Shown piece after piece: positions 27,396 to 36,377 of a stretch of 64,000 nt of DNA. This DNA is from Bacteroidales bacterium. GTDB taxonomy: Bacteria; Bacteroidota; Bacteroidia; Bacteroidales; ML635J-15. The stretch's first letter is position 1. Each line of letters opens with the position of its first letter. The position numbers and the translations under genes were made by a program. Under the pieces are notes generated by a model, which was not told where the DNA came from, searched no databases, and saw nothing but the letters and a program-made list of their open reading frames with translations. Location of the stretch: contig QKHS01000018.1 in NCBI GenBank assembly GCA_003249955.1, positions 20,912-84,911 of the forward strand, written 5' to 3'.

Positions 27396-28847
27396 ATGGC
27401 AACAAAATTAACTTCTTTTTTATTCTCTTTTATTATCGGGATTCTCTTATCCCAGACATTATTTTCACAGGAAGAATTCCCGTATCAGGCACCCTCCGAC
27501 CCCTCGGTAATTGCAAAACTTGAGCAATGGCAGGACTGGAAATTCGGAGTAATAATTCACTGGGGAGCGTACAGTGAATGGGGAGTTGTTGAAAGCTGGA
27601 GTCTTTGTCCCGAAGACGAAGACTGGTGTAAAAGACGTGGTCCTTTCTCGGAAGATTATTATCAATATGTGAAAGAATACGAAAAAATCAGAGAGACTTT
27701 CAATCCTGCAAAATTTAATCCTGAAAAATGGGCTGAAGCGTGTAAAAATGCAGGAATAAAGTACGTGGTTTTTACAACCAAGCATCACGACGGATTTTGC
27801 ATGTTCGACAGTAAATATACTGACTATAAAATAACCGATAAAAACAGTGCTTTTTCGCAAAATCCCAAAAGCAACGTTGCAAAAGAAGTTTTCTCGGCAT
27901 TCAGAGCTCAGGGATTGGGAACAGGTGCGTACTTCAGCAAACCCGACTGGCACAACGACGATTACTGGTGGCCATACTTTCCGGCACATGACCGTAACGT
28001 GAATTACAATCCCCAGAAATATCCCGAAAGATGGAAACGTTTTCAGGATTATACATACAATCAACTGGAAGAATTAATGTCTGAATACGGTAAGTTTGAC
28101 ATTCTATGGCTTGACGGAGGCTGGGTTCGTCCTGCCGGAACTCTGACAGAAGAAACCAAACCCTGGCTTGGCAAAAACCAATGGGTTCAGGATGTTAATA
28201 TGCCGGCAATTGCAAAAATGGCACGCGAACACCAACCCGGCATTCTGGTCGTTGACAGGTCTGTTCATGGCGAATTTGAAAACTACCGGACTCCTGAACA
28301 GCAAATTCCTGACGAAATCCCGGCATACCCCTGGGAAAGTTGTATTACACTATGTGGTAGCTGGTATTCTACAGGTCCTGGCGAACAATACAAATCATCA
28401 ACATGGGCGATTCACACTTTAATAAAAATTGTAGCAAAAGGAGGTAACTTTCTTCTTGGTATCGGCCCCGACAAAACCGGTGATTTAGTTCCCGAAGTTT
28501 ACGAAAGACTGGCTGAGATAGGCAAATGGATGGATGTAAATTCATCTGCAATTTACAACACAAAACCTTTGGCACCATACCAATCAGGAAAGTTCTGCTT
28601 TACACAGTCAAAAGACGGAAAGACAAAATATGCTTTTTATCTGATTGATGAAGATGAAATATTACCTCAACATATGGTAATTCCTTCAGAATTTACAGGT
28701 AACAACAAACAGATTCTTTTGCTTGGTTATTCAAAACCATTATCTGTAAAAACAAAAAGCGGAATTAAAACTGTTGAGATTCCGTCATCACTAAGACAGA
28801 AGGCAGGAATTTCCCAGGCTTTGGTTTTTTGCATTGCAGGTAAATAA
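27396..28847 (+). CDS. GH29 alpha-L-fucosidase
   Basis: Signal peptide, followed by WFQD-like WGVIIHWGAYS, TKHHDGFCMFDS and DILWLDGGW motifs. Confidence 0.8.
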   Translation: MATKLTSFLFSFIIGILLSQTLFSQEEFPYQAPSDPSVIAKLEQWQDWKFGVIIHWGAYSEWGVVESWSLCPEDEDWCKRRGPFSEDYYQYVKEYEKIRETFNPAKFNPEKWAEACKNAGIKYVVFTTKHHDGFCMFDSKYTDYKITDKNSAFSQNPKSNVAKEVFSAFRAQGLGTGAYFSKPDWHNDDYWWPYFPAHDRNVNYNPQKYPERWKRFQDYTYNQLEELMSEYGKFDILWLDGGWVRPAGTLTEETKPWLGKNQWVQDVNMPAIAKMAREHQPGILVVDRSVHGEFENYRTPEQQIPDEIPAYPWESCITLCGSWYSTGPGEQYKSSTWAIHTLIKIVAKGGNFLLGIGPDKTGDLVPEVYERLAEIGKWMDVNSSAIYNTKPLAPYQSGKFCFTQSKDGKTKYAFYLIDEDEILPQHMVIPSEFTGNNKQILLLGYSKPLSVKTKSGIKTVEIPSSLRQKAGISQALVFCIAGK

Positions 28848-28909
28848 TATCTTACCGGACAAATAAATTCCGGTAACATAAGGGGAATAGAAGTCAAGGG
28901 CTTTTTTTA

Positions 28910-30157
28910 TTAATGACTATACTTTTTAAATACAGTTGTTGACGTATGTCCGCCAAACCCAAAAGTATTATTAATGGCGACATTGACTTCTTTTTTGCAT
29001 GCTTCACCAATGGTAAAATTAAGGTTTGGGTTAATTTCAGGATCAACTTCGGTTAAATTAATAGTTGGCGGAATAAGATTATGCAGTACAGATTTAACAC
29101 ATGCTATAGATTCTACTGCACCTGCAGCACCCAACAGATGACCGGTCATTGATTTTGTTGCACTTATCGTTATCTTATCTGCAAAACTGCCGAAGACTTT
29201 TTCAATCGCCCGGCACTCGCTTATATCTCCTACCGGAGTTGATGTTGCATGAGCATTTATATAACTAACTTCGTCCGGAGTCAGACCTGAATCTGCTAAT
29301 GCACTATTCATTGCCAATATTGCACCAAGGCCTTCGGGATGTGTTGCAGCAACATGATATGCATCAGAAGCTGCTCCATATCCTGCTAATTCACAATAAA
29401 TTTTTGCTCCGCGGGCCAACGCATGTTCAAGTTCCTCAATCATAAGAATCCCGGCTCCTTCGCCTGCGACAAAACCGTCTCTTGACTTATCAAACGGTCT
29501 GGAAGCGGTTTCCGGGGATTCATTTAAAGTTGATAATGCCTTCATCGAGTTAAAGCCACCAATAGCCGACTGAGTAACAGAAGCTTCAGCTCCTCCTGCA
29601 ATTACTACATTTGCACGACCTGTGCGAATAATATCAAGAGCATTTGAAATTGCATTATTTGAAGATGCACATGCCGACGAAACCGTATAACTAATTCCAT
29701 GAAAACCATACTTAATTGATATATGTCCTGCTGCAATATTGGAAATCATTTTGGTTATAAAAAACGGACTGAATCTCGGTACACTGTCATTTACACTAAA
29801 ATTAAAAATTTCTTCTTCAAAAGTCTGAATCCCGCCTATTCCGGTTGCTATTATAACCCCGAATTTATTAAGATCGCATGCTGATAAATCTATTCCCGAA
29901 TCTTTTATACACTCATCTGTGGCAGCAATTGCATATTGTGAAAATAAATCTATTTTACGGACTTCCTGTTTTTCAAAAAAATTCAGAGGATCAAAATCTT
30001 TTACTTCACAAGCGAACTTTGTTTTGTGCCTGGATGCGTCAAATCTTGTAATTAATGATGCTCCGCTTTTCCCGTTTATCAGGTTTTGCCAGAAATCTTC
30101 AACATTGTTCCCGATAGGAGTTATTGCCCCGATCCCTGTAATTACTGCTCTTTTCAT
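28910..30157 (-). CDS. fabF: beta-ketoacyl-ACP synthase II (FabF paralog)
   Basis: Contains MKRAVITGIGAITPIG, active-site SSACASS, HATSTPVGD and GHLLGAAG. The track start at 30166 is a TTG, so I prefer the ATG at 30157. Confidence 0.9.
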   Translation of the reverse strand: MKRAVITGIGAITPIGNNVEDFWQNLINGKSGASLITRFDASRHKTKFACEVKDFDPLNFFEKQEVRKIDLFSQYAIAATDECIKDSGIDLSACDLNKFGVIIATGIGGIQTFEEEIFNFSVNDSVPRFSPFFITKMISNIAAGHISIKYGFHGISYTVSSACASSNNAISNALDIIRTGRANVVIAGGAEASVTQSAIGGFNSMKALSTLNESPETASRPFDKSRDGFVAGEGAGILMIEELEHALARGAKIYCELAGYGAASDAYHVAATHPEGLGAILAMNSALADSGLTPDEVSYINAHATSTPVGDISECRAIEKVFGSFADKITISATKSMTGHLLGAAGAVESIACVKSVLHNLIPPTINLTEVDPEINPNLNFTIGEACKKEVNVAINNTFGFGGHTSTTVFKKYSH

Positions 30158-30216
30158 ATTTTTCAAATTTCTTGTTATCGTATCGTTTTACACTTCACTT
30201 TTAAACACCAGACCTA

Positions 30217-30232
30217 TTTACTAATAAGTAAG
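30217..30232. promoter_or_regulatory. palindromic operator-like site (TTTACT-AATA-AGTAAG) between the TetR gene and fabF
   Basis: It shares the 15-mer TTACTAATAAGTAAG with the site at 30834-30853. It lies about 60 nt upstream of the fabF ATG. Confidence 0.5.
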
Positions 30233-30250
30233 ATGCATAGATAAAAAAAT

Positions 30251-30811
30251 TTAAGGCTTTAAATCTTCTGCTATTGACATATATAAGCTCTTAAAATCTG
30301 TATTCCCTGAAATTCTTGATATTTGCAATCCTCCTACCAAAGCAGAAAATATTGTTGTTGCTTTATTAACCGCTTCGCCTTCAAAAGCAAAAATATTTTT
30401 AGCTCTCCCTGAATCAAGAAGATTTGTAAGCCATGTTATTATTTTTTCTGTCATTTTAAAAAGTTCAGCTTTGGTACTTTCTCCCAGTGTGTAAACATCG
30501 GGTCCAAGCGATCCGACTATACACAACTTTTGTTCCCTGTGACTCTTTACATATATTTTTATAAATGAATCCAATTGTTTCCATTCATCAAAACCACGGC
30601 TTTGCATATTGTCCGTCATCTCCTCAAAACGCTGTATATTTGTTTTTAAAATACTTGTTCCAAGATTTTCCTTAGTGGGGAAATAATAATGTATGGCAGC
30701 ATTCTTAATTCCCAACTCGGTGGAAATATCCTGATAACTGAAAGCATTATATCCTTTGGTTCTGATCAGACTTTCTCCCAGTTCCATTATTTTCTCCCGT
30801 GTAACTGACAT
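30251..30811 (-). CDS. TetR/AcrR-family transcriptional regulator
   Basis: 186 aa with the N-terminal HTH GYNAFSYQDISTELGIKNAAIHYYFPTKENL. Confidence 0.85.
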   Translation of the reverse strand: MSVTREKIMELGESLIRTKGYNAFSYQDISTELGIKNAAIHYYFPTKENLGTSILKTNIQRFEEMTDNMQSRGFDEWKQLDSFIKIYVKSHREQKLCIVGSLGPDVYTLGESTKAELFKMTEKIITWLTNLLDSGRAKNIFAFEGEAVNKATTIFSALVGGLQISRISGNTDFKSLYMSIAEDLKP

Positions 30812-30827
30812 CTTTCTAATTTTTTTG

Positions 30828-30835
30828 CAAATATA
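30828..30835 (-). promoter_or_regulatory. candidate -7 box (TATATTTG) for the TetR gene
   Basis: The minus strand matches TAnnTTTG about 17 nt upstream of the ATG at 30811. It abuts the palindrome at 30834-30853. Confidence 0.45.
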
Positions 30836-30853
30836 CTTACTAATAAGTAAGTA
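30834..30853. promoter_or_regulatory. palindromic operator-like site (TACTTACT-AATA-AGTAAGTA) upstream of the TetR gene
   Basis: Perfect 8-bp arms with a 4-bp spacer. It overlaps the predicted -7 box. Confidence 0.55.
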
Positions 30854-31133
30854 ACAAAATATTTTACCGTTTTTTAAATTATTTATTCTTCCTTTAATTG
30901 TTTAATGAGCTACAATGATAAATTTTATTAAGAAAAAAAGCCTTTTCTCAAAACTGACTTTATTGATATTATATAGTTAAAATGATTGCGGGTCATAGTG
31001 AATTTACTTTATTCTAATTTAGATTATTAACGTAATTTCTCACAGAATGACGTAATCAATTCATCATTTATTATTAAGACAAGTTGAGAGAAAAAATACT
31101 TTTGTGCTGTTATAAATTTAAAATAGCAATTCA

Positions 31134-31588
31134 ATGCTTAAATTATTAATCAAAAAAGTCTGGTTTACTTTTCTAATCCTTATTCCAACCTTAGTTTCTT
31201 CTGCTGATTACTACTGGCGTGTTGTAGCAGTTAATAACAACTTTAATAATCCCAACAACTGGGCCGATGGTTCAAAAGGGATTGGCAGCAATAGTCCAGA
31301 CACAGCACCAACCATTAACGATTACTTATGTTTTTAGCAACATCCAATTATATGAATATTACAAGCAGTATAGAGCGTAATATGCATAGCCTTACGTGTA
31401 CAATCCCCGCAATGGTTACTCTTAATGCTAATAAAAATTGGTTTATTGTAGGAAACATCTCTTTAAACGGTAATTTACCTATCACAATGGGAACCGTATA
31501 TAATGAAGAATTTAATATTAAAATATTTAATGACTTGGGAGATATTTATATCATAAAAAACAATAAAAACATAGTAATAAGTTATTGA
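31134..31588 (+). pseudogene. frameshifted and probably truncated N-terminal fragment of a large surface adhesin
   Basis: It has a signal peptide plus YYWRVVAVNNNFNNPNNWADGS...PTINDYLCF, which is the YYWxG..GNW....NW...P...D.v.F lead module of Bacteroidota adhesins. The reading frame breaks in a T5 run at 31331-31335. Adding one T joins it to the 31328-31588 ORF. Confidence 0.55.
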
Positions 31589-31643
31589 CAGTAATTTAAA
31601 AATTTATCTATTTACCAAACAAATGGGAACTAAATCGAACAAC

Positions 31644-33521
31644 ATGAAATTAATCATTACACTTTCCTTTATATTACTCTTTACGAATATCTTGTTTTCC
31701 CAATCCCCAGGAAATGTATCTGCAAATTTTGAATTTTGGTTGAAAGCAAATGCTGGAATAACAGGGAGTACTCCAATAACTGCTTGGGCTGATCAAAGTG
31801 GCAAGGCTGTAACTAATACAATTACAGGAACTCCTGATTTAAACGCCAATTCTGTAAATTATAATAATTCTGTAACGTTAGATGGAACTAACGATTATTT
31901 CACCAATGGACTTACTATTAATCCTGATGTAACAGACATAAGTATATGTGTAGTGTACTACAATCCTACTGATTTAAATAGAAATCAGGTAATTGTTTCG
32001 CAATTATCTGGTACGGGGACAGGACGAAATATATTGTCAATATCAGATTCACATGGAGATAAAATGAGAAATACTTTTCAGGGAAGTGCTAACATGTCAA
32101 ATGTCCCTGTAACTTATGGTGAATGGGATTTATTTAGTTTTACCTTAGACGCTAATGGAGCCAGTTCTGTATTAAACTTCTATCAGAAGGGAGCCCCTGA
32201 TGGGTCTTATTCAACAGATCCTGAATTTGCTGACGGAAACTGGAGAATGGGAACCTCCAAAACTACTGCTGGACTATGGAATGGTGATTTTGCAGAATTA
32301 ATTATTTATTCTCAAACATTAAGTGCTACAGACAGAAATAAAATTGAAAGTTATCTGGCTTTAAAATATGCCATTACGCTAGATAATACCTTGGGAGGTA
32401 CAGCGGGCGATTATAACTCTTCCGCAGGGACAACCATTTGGGACGAATCTGTTTCTTCTGACTACCATAATGATGTAATAGGTATTGGAAGAGATGACGC
32501 CTCTGCTCTGTTACAAAAGCAGTCACATCAAATTGATGATACAACAAGGTTGTATATAGGTACTTTAACGGCAAGTAATAGTTCTAACTCTGGTTCATTT
32601 TATTCAGATCGTTCGTTTGTAATGAGCGGGCATAATAATGGGAAAATGTGTGACACGCGTGCTGTTTGGGCGGAAAAACCTACTGGAATACATTCCAGAC
32701 TGGAACGGGAATGGAAGGTCACTAAAACCAATTTTTTTCAATTTTTTAATATGGATTTTACTATTGCATCATCTACAGCACCAAGCTATGTAGATATTAC
32801 AGATTTGCGTTTATTAGTTGATAGTGATGGGGATTTTTCAGATGCTTCGGTTTATAATGAGGGAGGTGGGCTATCTTTTTCTTACTCAGCAGGAGTAATT
32901 TCAGTTACGGGAATTTCAAAGGCTCAGATTCCGAATAACTCTACGCGATATATTACAATTGCTTCAGTTAATTCTGCTACTCCATTACCAATAGAACTAA
33001 TTTCATTTGAAGCAACCGCTAAAAAAAACAGAACGGTGCAATTAACCTGGCAAACTGCCTCTGAGAAAAACAATGATTATTTTACCATTGAACGTTCTGT
33101 TAATGGAATAGATTGGAAAGAAATTGATAGAATTGATGGAGCAGGAAATTCAAATAAATTGTTAAGTTACTCCGCAATTGACTACAATCCTTTTAACGGA
33201 ATATCATATTACAGGTTAAAGCAAACTGATTTTGATGGACAATTTGACTTTTCACAAGTTAGAAGTATAAATACAGATCTGTTAGAAGTTTCTCAAGTAA
33301 ATATCTATCCTAACCCAACTAACAACCAAATTACAATTGAAGCGTTAAAAGAAGAACCGGAACAAACAAAAATTTACAATGCTCTTGGTCAAGATGTAAC
33401 TTCTTTAACAAAAGTGATAGAAAATACTGAAACGAAAGTGGTTATTGATTTATCAAATTTGAGTGGCGGATTGTACTATGTAAAAAATAAAACCACCGCC
33501 AACATGGTGTACAAAAAATAG
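31644..33521 (+). CDS. LamG/concanavalin-A-like lectin-domain protein, T9SS cargo
   Basis: Signal peptide (MKLIITLSFILLFTNILFSQ). It carries a LamG-like motif (NGDFAELIIYSQTLSATDRNKIESYLALKYAITLD), an FnIII-like LPIELISFEA...YYRLKQTDFDG module, and a C-terminal IYPNPTNNQITIE...GLYYVKNK sorting domain. Confidence 0.75.
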   Translation: MKLIITLSFILLFTNILFSQSPGNVSANFEFWLKANAGITGSTPITAWADQSGKAVTNTITGTPDLNANSVNYNNSVTLDGTNDYFTNGLTINPDVTDISICVVYYNPTDLNRNQVIVSQLSGTGTGRNILSISDSHGDKMRNTFQGSANMSNVPVTYGEWDLFSFTLDANGASSVLNFYQKGAPDGSYSTDPEFADGNWRMGTSKTTAGLWNGDFAELIIYSQTLSATDRNKIESYLALKYAITLDNTLGGTAGDYNSSAGTTIWDESVSSDYHNDVIGIGRDDASALLQKQSHQIDDTTRLYIGTLTASNSSNSGSFYSDRSFVMSGHNNGKMCDTRAVWAEKPTGIHSRLEREWKVTKTNFFQFFNMDFTIASSTAPSYVDITDLRLLVDSDGDFSDASVYNEGGGLSFSYSAGVISVTGISKAQIPNNSTRYITIASVNSATPLPIELISFEATAKKNRTVQLTWQTASEKNNDYFTIERSVNGIDWKEIDRIDGAGNSNKLLSYSAIDYNPFNGISYYRLKQTDFDGQFDFSQVRSINTDLLEVSQVNIYPNPTNNQITIEALKEEPEQTKIYNALGQDVTSLTKVIENTETKVVIDLSNLSGGLYYVKNKTTANMVYKK

Positions 33522-33603
33522 GCGATAAGGCTATAAAGTTAAGTTTTCAGATAGTGTCAAACAATATGCCTACCCGAAAGTTTTGAGTTTTGTAAAGGAA
33601 CAC

Positions 33604-33731
33604 AGCATAAGCTAAAATCAAGCGGGTTTTCCGGGTTTCCCAGACCCGAAATAGAATAAATTCTCAAACAAATGCTCATCTAATTAGTCTTTATAATTAG
33701 GCTTTTCGCCCGCTTGATTTTAGCTTATGCT
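33604..33731. repeat. 128-bp element closed by a perfect 23-bp inverted repeat (MITE-like element or structured RNA)
   Basis: AGCATAAGCTAAAATCAAGCGGG (33604-33626) is the exact reverse complement of 33709-33731. The 82-nt interior holds two small hairpins, CGGGT/ACCCG and CTAATTA/TAATTAG. Confidence 0.7.
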
Positions 33732-33789
33732 ATTGTGGTTGCAGCCCGACAAATAAGATAAAATATTAAATGGAAAACAATGTAAAAAT

Positions 33790-34428
33790 ATGAGAACAGT
33801 TATCAAAAAAACAGATAAGAAAACCCATTTTTATATTGCTTTCTGTTTCATGCCCGGCATTGTAGAGCCAGGTTGCAGAGATAGTACATTATTAGTCCAA
33901 AACACTTTTATCCCTGTAGATAGCCTGATTGTGAACATTAGGTGAAAAAATGAGAAAAAGAAATCTGGATTCTGGATTAGTATCGTTTTCAAAAGGTCAT
34001 TATCAGCATAACATTAAAGATGCTTATAGTCATCCCGGTAATAAGTATGATTGGTATCAAGATGACATCTCTTATTGCAATAATGGGTGCTGTATGTTTT
34101 GCAGTTGGTCTAGCTTTACAAGGCACTTTGAGCAATTTTGCCGGAATAGTAATGATCTTAATTTAAAACTGTGGATAACAAAATCGTAATTATACCAAAT
34201 GGAGGGCTTGCTACAAGTTCTACGATTAATTATATTACACAGAAAGTTCACCTGGGAGATTGGAAATTTGCTATTGCTTACGGAACAGATTATAAAAAAC
34301 TTTACAAGGTGGTTACTGAGATTTTGAACAACGACAGCACAATAGTTAAAAACACTGAAATCTTTACAGGTTTAGCTGAAATTAATCGAATCTTCTGTAA
34401 ATATGTAGTACGTATTTGGACAAAATAG
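33790..34428 (+). pseudogene. decayed small-conductance mechanosensitive channel (MscS family) gene
   Basis: MscS TM3 and pore signature ...[34 protein letters not shown] is readable in one frame (about 33985-34160). The beta-domain DNKIVIIPNGGLATSSTINY is in another frame (34171-). The gene has an in-frame stop, at least one frameshift, an internal deletion and a truncated C-terminus. Confidence 0.65.
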
Positions 34429-34717
34429 TGTATAAATACCTTTCCCGTAAATGGATATCAATATAAAAAATAAACAAAATTTATAAAGGTATGATTAATT
34501 ACAATTTCACAATTAGTAAGTTGAAAATATTGGAGTAGAACAGTCGAATGGATCTTTGATCCTGTCATTAATCAAAAAGAACTGAAAATTGTAATGTGCA
34601 ATAGCATCTTTTCCCTTTAATATTAACACATTCAGGACGAAATTGATTTGTCATTATTTTTCACCTTTATCAAGGTAGTAGAACTAATTTTGTTAAATAA
34701 TCGATAATTAGAAATTT

Positions 34718-36184
34718 ATGAAAAAGACTATTTTATTTTTAGTGATATCTGTAATTACAGTTTCTGCAGCTTTTGCTCAAAACAGTGATAAAAAGTGGGG
34801 AGTGGGTCTTGAGGGTGGAACAAACGAGTATTCGGGAGATTTGGGGAGTGATTTCTTAAAACTGCCGTTTTATGGTTATGGTGGTTTATCAATTGGAAGA
34901 TATATTTGTCCTTCATTTGATTTAGGAATAAATCTAACTTATGGAGATTATGGTCATTGGGAAGATACTTATTATAATTTCCTAAACCGAAAGCTCGATG
35001 GTAGCTTACAACTCTCATTCAAATTCAATAATGGATATATCATGAAGGAAGAGAGTAAAATTTCGCCTTATATATTTGCCGGCGTAGGACTGGCAAATTA
35101 CACCAATAGTCGCGGATTTGCTTCTTTGAAAAATGATATGATTTTTCCTTTGGGGGCAGGTGTTAAATACAGCATTAATGATTGGCTTACTTTTGGTTAT
35201 AAATTTGCCTGGAATTATACAAACGATGACTCACGAGATGTATTGGCATCAAGTCAATCAGGGATAAACGATTCATATTTTCAGCAATCTATAGGAGTAT
35301 ATTTCTCATTAGGGAAAGCAAAAGATTCTGATTATGACGGGATTCCTGATAAGTTGGACAAATGTGCAAATACGCCTGAAGGAGTTTCTGTGGATATATC
35401 AGGTTGTCCCACAGACTCTGACAATGATGGTGTTGCAGATTATATTGATGATTGCCCTAACAATAAAGGTCTGGCGAGTTTAAAAGGCTGTCCTGATAAA
35501 GACGGAGATGGTATAACAGACAGTAAAGACAATTGTCCAGATGTCAAAGGATTACCTAAGTTTGATGGTTGCCCGGACACTGATGGTGATGGCATTATTG
35601 ATAGCAAGGACGATTGCCCTGAAGAAAAAGGCTTAGTAGAATTTAAAGGTTGTCCGGACACCGATGGTGACGGGATTATTGACAGCAAAGATGCTTGTCC
35701 AAAAGACAAAGGTCCGGTCTCTTTAAATGGATGTCCAGATACTGACGGTGACGGAATTGCTGATAAAGATGACAGATGCCCCAAAGTTGCCGGAATTACT
35801 GCAAACAAAGGTTGTCCTGAAGTAAAAGAAGAGACCAGGAAAGTTTTTGAACAAGCATTAACAGGAATTCAGTTCGAAACAGGAAGTGATGTAATTAAAA
35901 AAGCATCCTACCCAATCTTAGATCAGGTAGTTAAAGTTATGAAAGATAATCCTGAATACTTTCTTCAGATTAACGGTCATACCGACAATGTTGGAGATGA
36001 TCAAAAAAATATGGATTTGTCTGATCGTAGAGCAAATGCAGTTATGAAGTATATTACAGATAAAGGTATTGAAATTAAAAGAATGGTGGCTAAAGGCTAT
36101 GGCGAAACAATCCCTGTTGATGATAATACTACCCAAAGTGGTAGGGCAAAAAACAGAAGAGTTGAATTCAAAGTAATCTTTTAA
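34718..36184 (+). CDS. OmpA-family outer-membrane protein with thrombospondin type-3 (Ca-binding) repeats
   Basis: Signal peptide and N-terminal beta-barrel. It has about 7 DxDxDGxxDxxDxCP repeats (CPDTDGDGIIDSKDDCP) and a C-terminal OmpA domain (NGHTDNVGDDQKNMDLSDRRANAV...NRRVEFKV). Confidence 0.85.
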   Translation: MKKTILFLVISVITVSAAFAQNSDKKWGVGLEGGTNEYSGDLGSDFLKLPFYGYGGLSIGRYICPSFDLGINLTYGDYGHWEDTYYNFLNRKLDGSLQLSFKFNNGYIMKEESKISPYIFAGVGLANYTNSRGFASLKNDMIFPLGAGVKYSINDWLTFGYKFAWNYTNDDSRDVLASSQSGINDSYFQQSIGVYFSLGKAKDSDYDGIPDKLDKCANTPEGVSVDISGCPTDSDNDGVADYIDDCPNNKGLASLKGCPDKDGDGITDSKDNCPDVKGLPKFDGCPDTDGDGIIDSKDDCPEEKGLVEFKGCPDTDGDGIIDSKDACPKDKGPVSLNGCPDTDGDGIADKDDRCPKVAGITANKGCPEVKEETRKVFEQALTGIQFETGSDVIKKASYPILDQVVKVMKDNPEYFLQINGHTDNVGDDQKNMDLSDRRANAVMKYITDKGIEIKRMVAKGYGETIPVDDNTTQSGRAKNRRVEFKVIF

Positions 36185-36303
36185 TGTATCCCTATAAGAA
36201 TTAATTACAAGACCAAACCGTTTATTTATTTAGTTTTAGTTATAAAAATTTAGTTCCTAATTTTGACAAAGTTACTCAACAGGATTCTTCATGGTTTAGG
36301 TTC

Positions 36304-36341
36304 AAATTACAGATGAAAATATTTTCATCTGTAATTTTTTT
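36304..36341 (+). terminator. rho-independent terminator of the OmpA/TSP3 gene
   Basis: Perfect palindrome AAATTACAGATGAAAAT/ATTTTCATCTGTAATTT followed by a T-run. Confidence 0.75.
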
Positions 36342-36342
36342 A

Positions 36343-36350
36343 TATTTTTG
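36343..36350 (+). promoter_or_regulatory. candidate -7 box (TATTTTTG) for the LytTR regulator gene
   Basis: TAnnTTTG match 27 nt upstream of the ATG at 36378. Confidence 0.4.
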
Positions 36351-36377
36351 TAACTTATTTTGATTTTTTAATATTAT

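Noticed and set aside
27465-28064. 199-aa minus-strand ORF
   Set aside because: It is antisense to the GH29 fucosidase gene, which has clear family motifs. I recognise no motif in the ORF.
28852-28876. Hairpin TTACCGGA-N9-TCCGGTAA between the convergent GH29 and fabF genes, considered as a bidirectional terminator
   Set aside because: It has an 8-bp stem but no T-run on either strand, so it is not convincing as an intrinsic terminator. It may still be structural.
35440-35808. 122-aa minus-strand ORF inside the OmpA/TSP3 gene
   Set aside because: It is antisense to the Asp/Gly-rich TSP3 repeats, and its periodic Ser/Pro/Gly product is a repeat artefact.
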